Source of the DNA: Sminthopsis crassicaudata
Lineage: Eukaryota
Assembly (NCBI RefSeq): GCF_048593235.1
Contig: NC_133622.1
Location: 95,852,001 to 95,916,000, forward strand
Direction of reading: 5' to 3'
Length of the DNA: 64,000 bases
The notes below the pieces were generated by a model. It ran no database searches and was not told the origin of the DNA. It saw only the letters and a list, made by a program, of their open reading frames with translations. Made by a program: the position numbers and the translations under genes. Shown piece by piece: positions 63,017 to 64,000 of the stretch (its first letter is position 1; every line of letters starts with the position of its first letter).

Positions 63017-64000
63017 CACACATATATTACATATAAACCAGTGACAGATTTCAATGGCTCTATCTTTCATATGACCACTAGGAGGTAGCATAATCAAGGA
63101 ATTCAATCATTTCTTTCACTTCTCCATCATTCCATTTTCAAGCAATTTGGCAAGGAAAGAGACCATCAGAGGGAAAGAAAAAGCTTGACTTGTCAAAATT
63201 ATTAAACCTGAAAAATACATTAACACACAATCATATCACTCCTGTATTGTATCACCCCATCCCATCTGTCTAATTTGTTTCCTGTGGATTCTTAAAAGGA
63301 TTCTTCTGAGGTTCTAACCTCAGCATGTATAAAAGCAGAGCTTTAAGTAGTAAATAAAAGAAGCCCATTTTCAGTTGGCTTAGCCTATCTATCTCAGAGG
63401 AACTTTATCAGCATCTCCCATTGTAGGAAAAAATGAGATCTGAAGCTTGTCTGAAGACCTGAAGTAAGTCACATTTGGGGATTAACGTGGTATAGTGGGA
63501 AAAGCACTAGCTTTGGCAATAGGATACTACACTAGAAGTTCTACCTCCAGGAGTGAAGATCCACACAACTGTATTGTAGTCACTTATCTCTGAGCCTCAG
63601 TTTTTTTAATCTCCTAAATTAAGACTTTGGTCTAGAGGATTTTTAAGGCCATTTTAGATTTAATGGTTTGATTGTAAGAAAACATTGGAAAATTTCAATA
63701 CAATGAGAATAAGGGGAAGTTCTTTATGAATTTGTGCAGTCAATCTAATGTTCAGAAGATGAGCTCACATATATGAAAAGACCTGATTCTATCAGATATA
63801 AAGCAGTTATAATACACGAATTTCTTTGACTGCTCTTATTCATTATCTGGTCACAAATCTGCTATTTAAATTCTTTCTAGAATGGTGAAACCTTCCAGAG
63901 ATAGCATTTTGTAGCCCTTGAGAAGCCAGTCATCTCAAAGAAAGTATCATTCTTGTGGTAGGAATTGAGTGTCATTAGATAGAAAATATGATAATGTTCT

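Noticed and set aside
1-64000. CRISPR arrays, operons, rRNA, or intact viral or transposase ORFs
   Set aside because: No regularly spaced direct repeats, no long intact ORFs and no rRNA-like sequence; composition is mammalian non-coding

Overview
AT-rich, CpG-depleted, non-coding eukaryotic DNA from a marsupial, most likely a dasyurid such as the Tasmanian devil. The call rests on Mar1/WALLSI/WSINE-type SINEs, RTE LINE relics and a dasyurid-like young L1 3' end, all recognised from memory rather than by database search. Seven assembly gaps total about 1.9 kb. The window is a mosaic of decayed transposable elements: L1, L2, CR1/L3, RTE, MIR/Mar1 SINEs, solo LTRs, and hAT and Tc1/mariner MITEs, plus microsatellites. 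I cannot support any intact protein-coding gene, RNA gene, CRISPR array or prokaryotic-type system. The ORF track consists of chance ORFs, simple-repeat ORFs, N-gap artefacts and LINE remnants. The best-supported structure is a three-tier nested retroposon (MIR < older L1 < young L1) with both target-site duplication (TSD) pairs readable at ~24 kb. The most promising functional candidate is an apparently repeat-free, locally CpG-retaining segment at 14.7-15.6 kb with clustered plus-strand splice signals and a Kozak ATG mini-exon (MEVESFP), possibly an alternative promoter of a large host gene I cannot name. I found no convincing novel biological system. Most repeat boundaries are approximate (tens of bases), and family names need Dfam/RepeatMasker confirmation.
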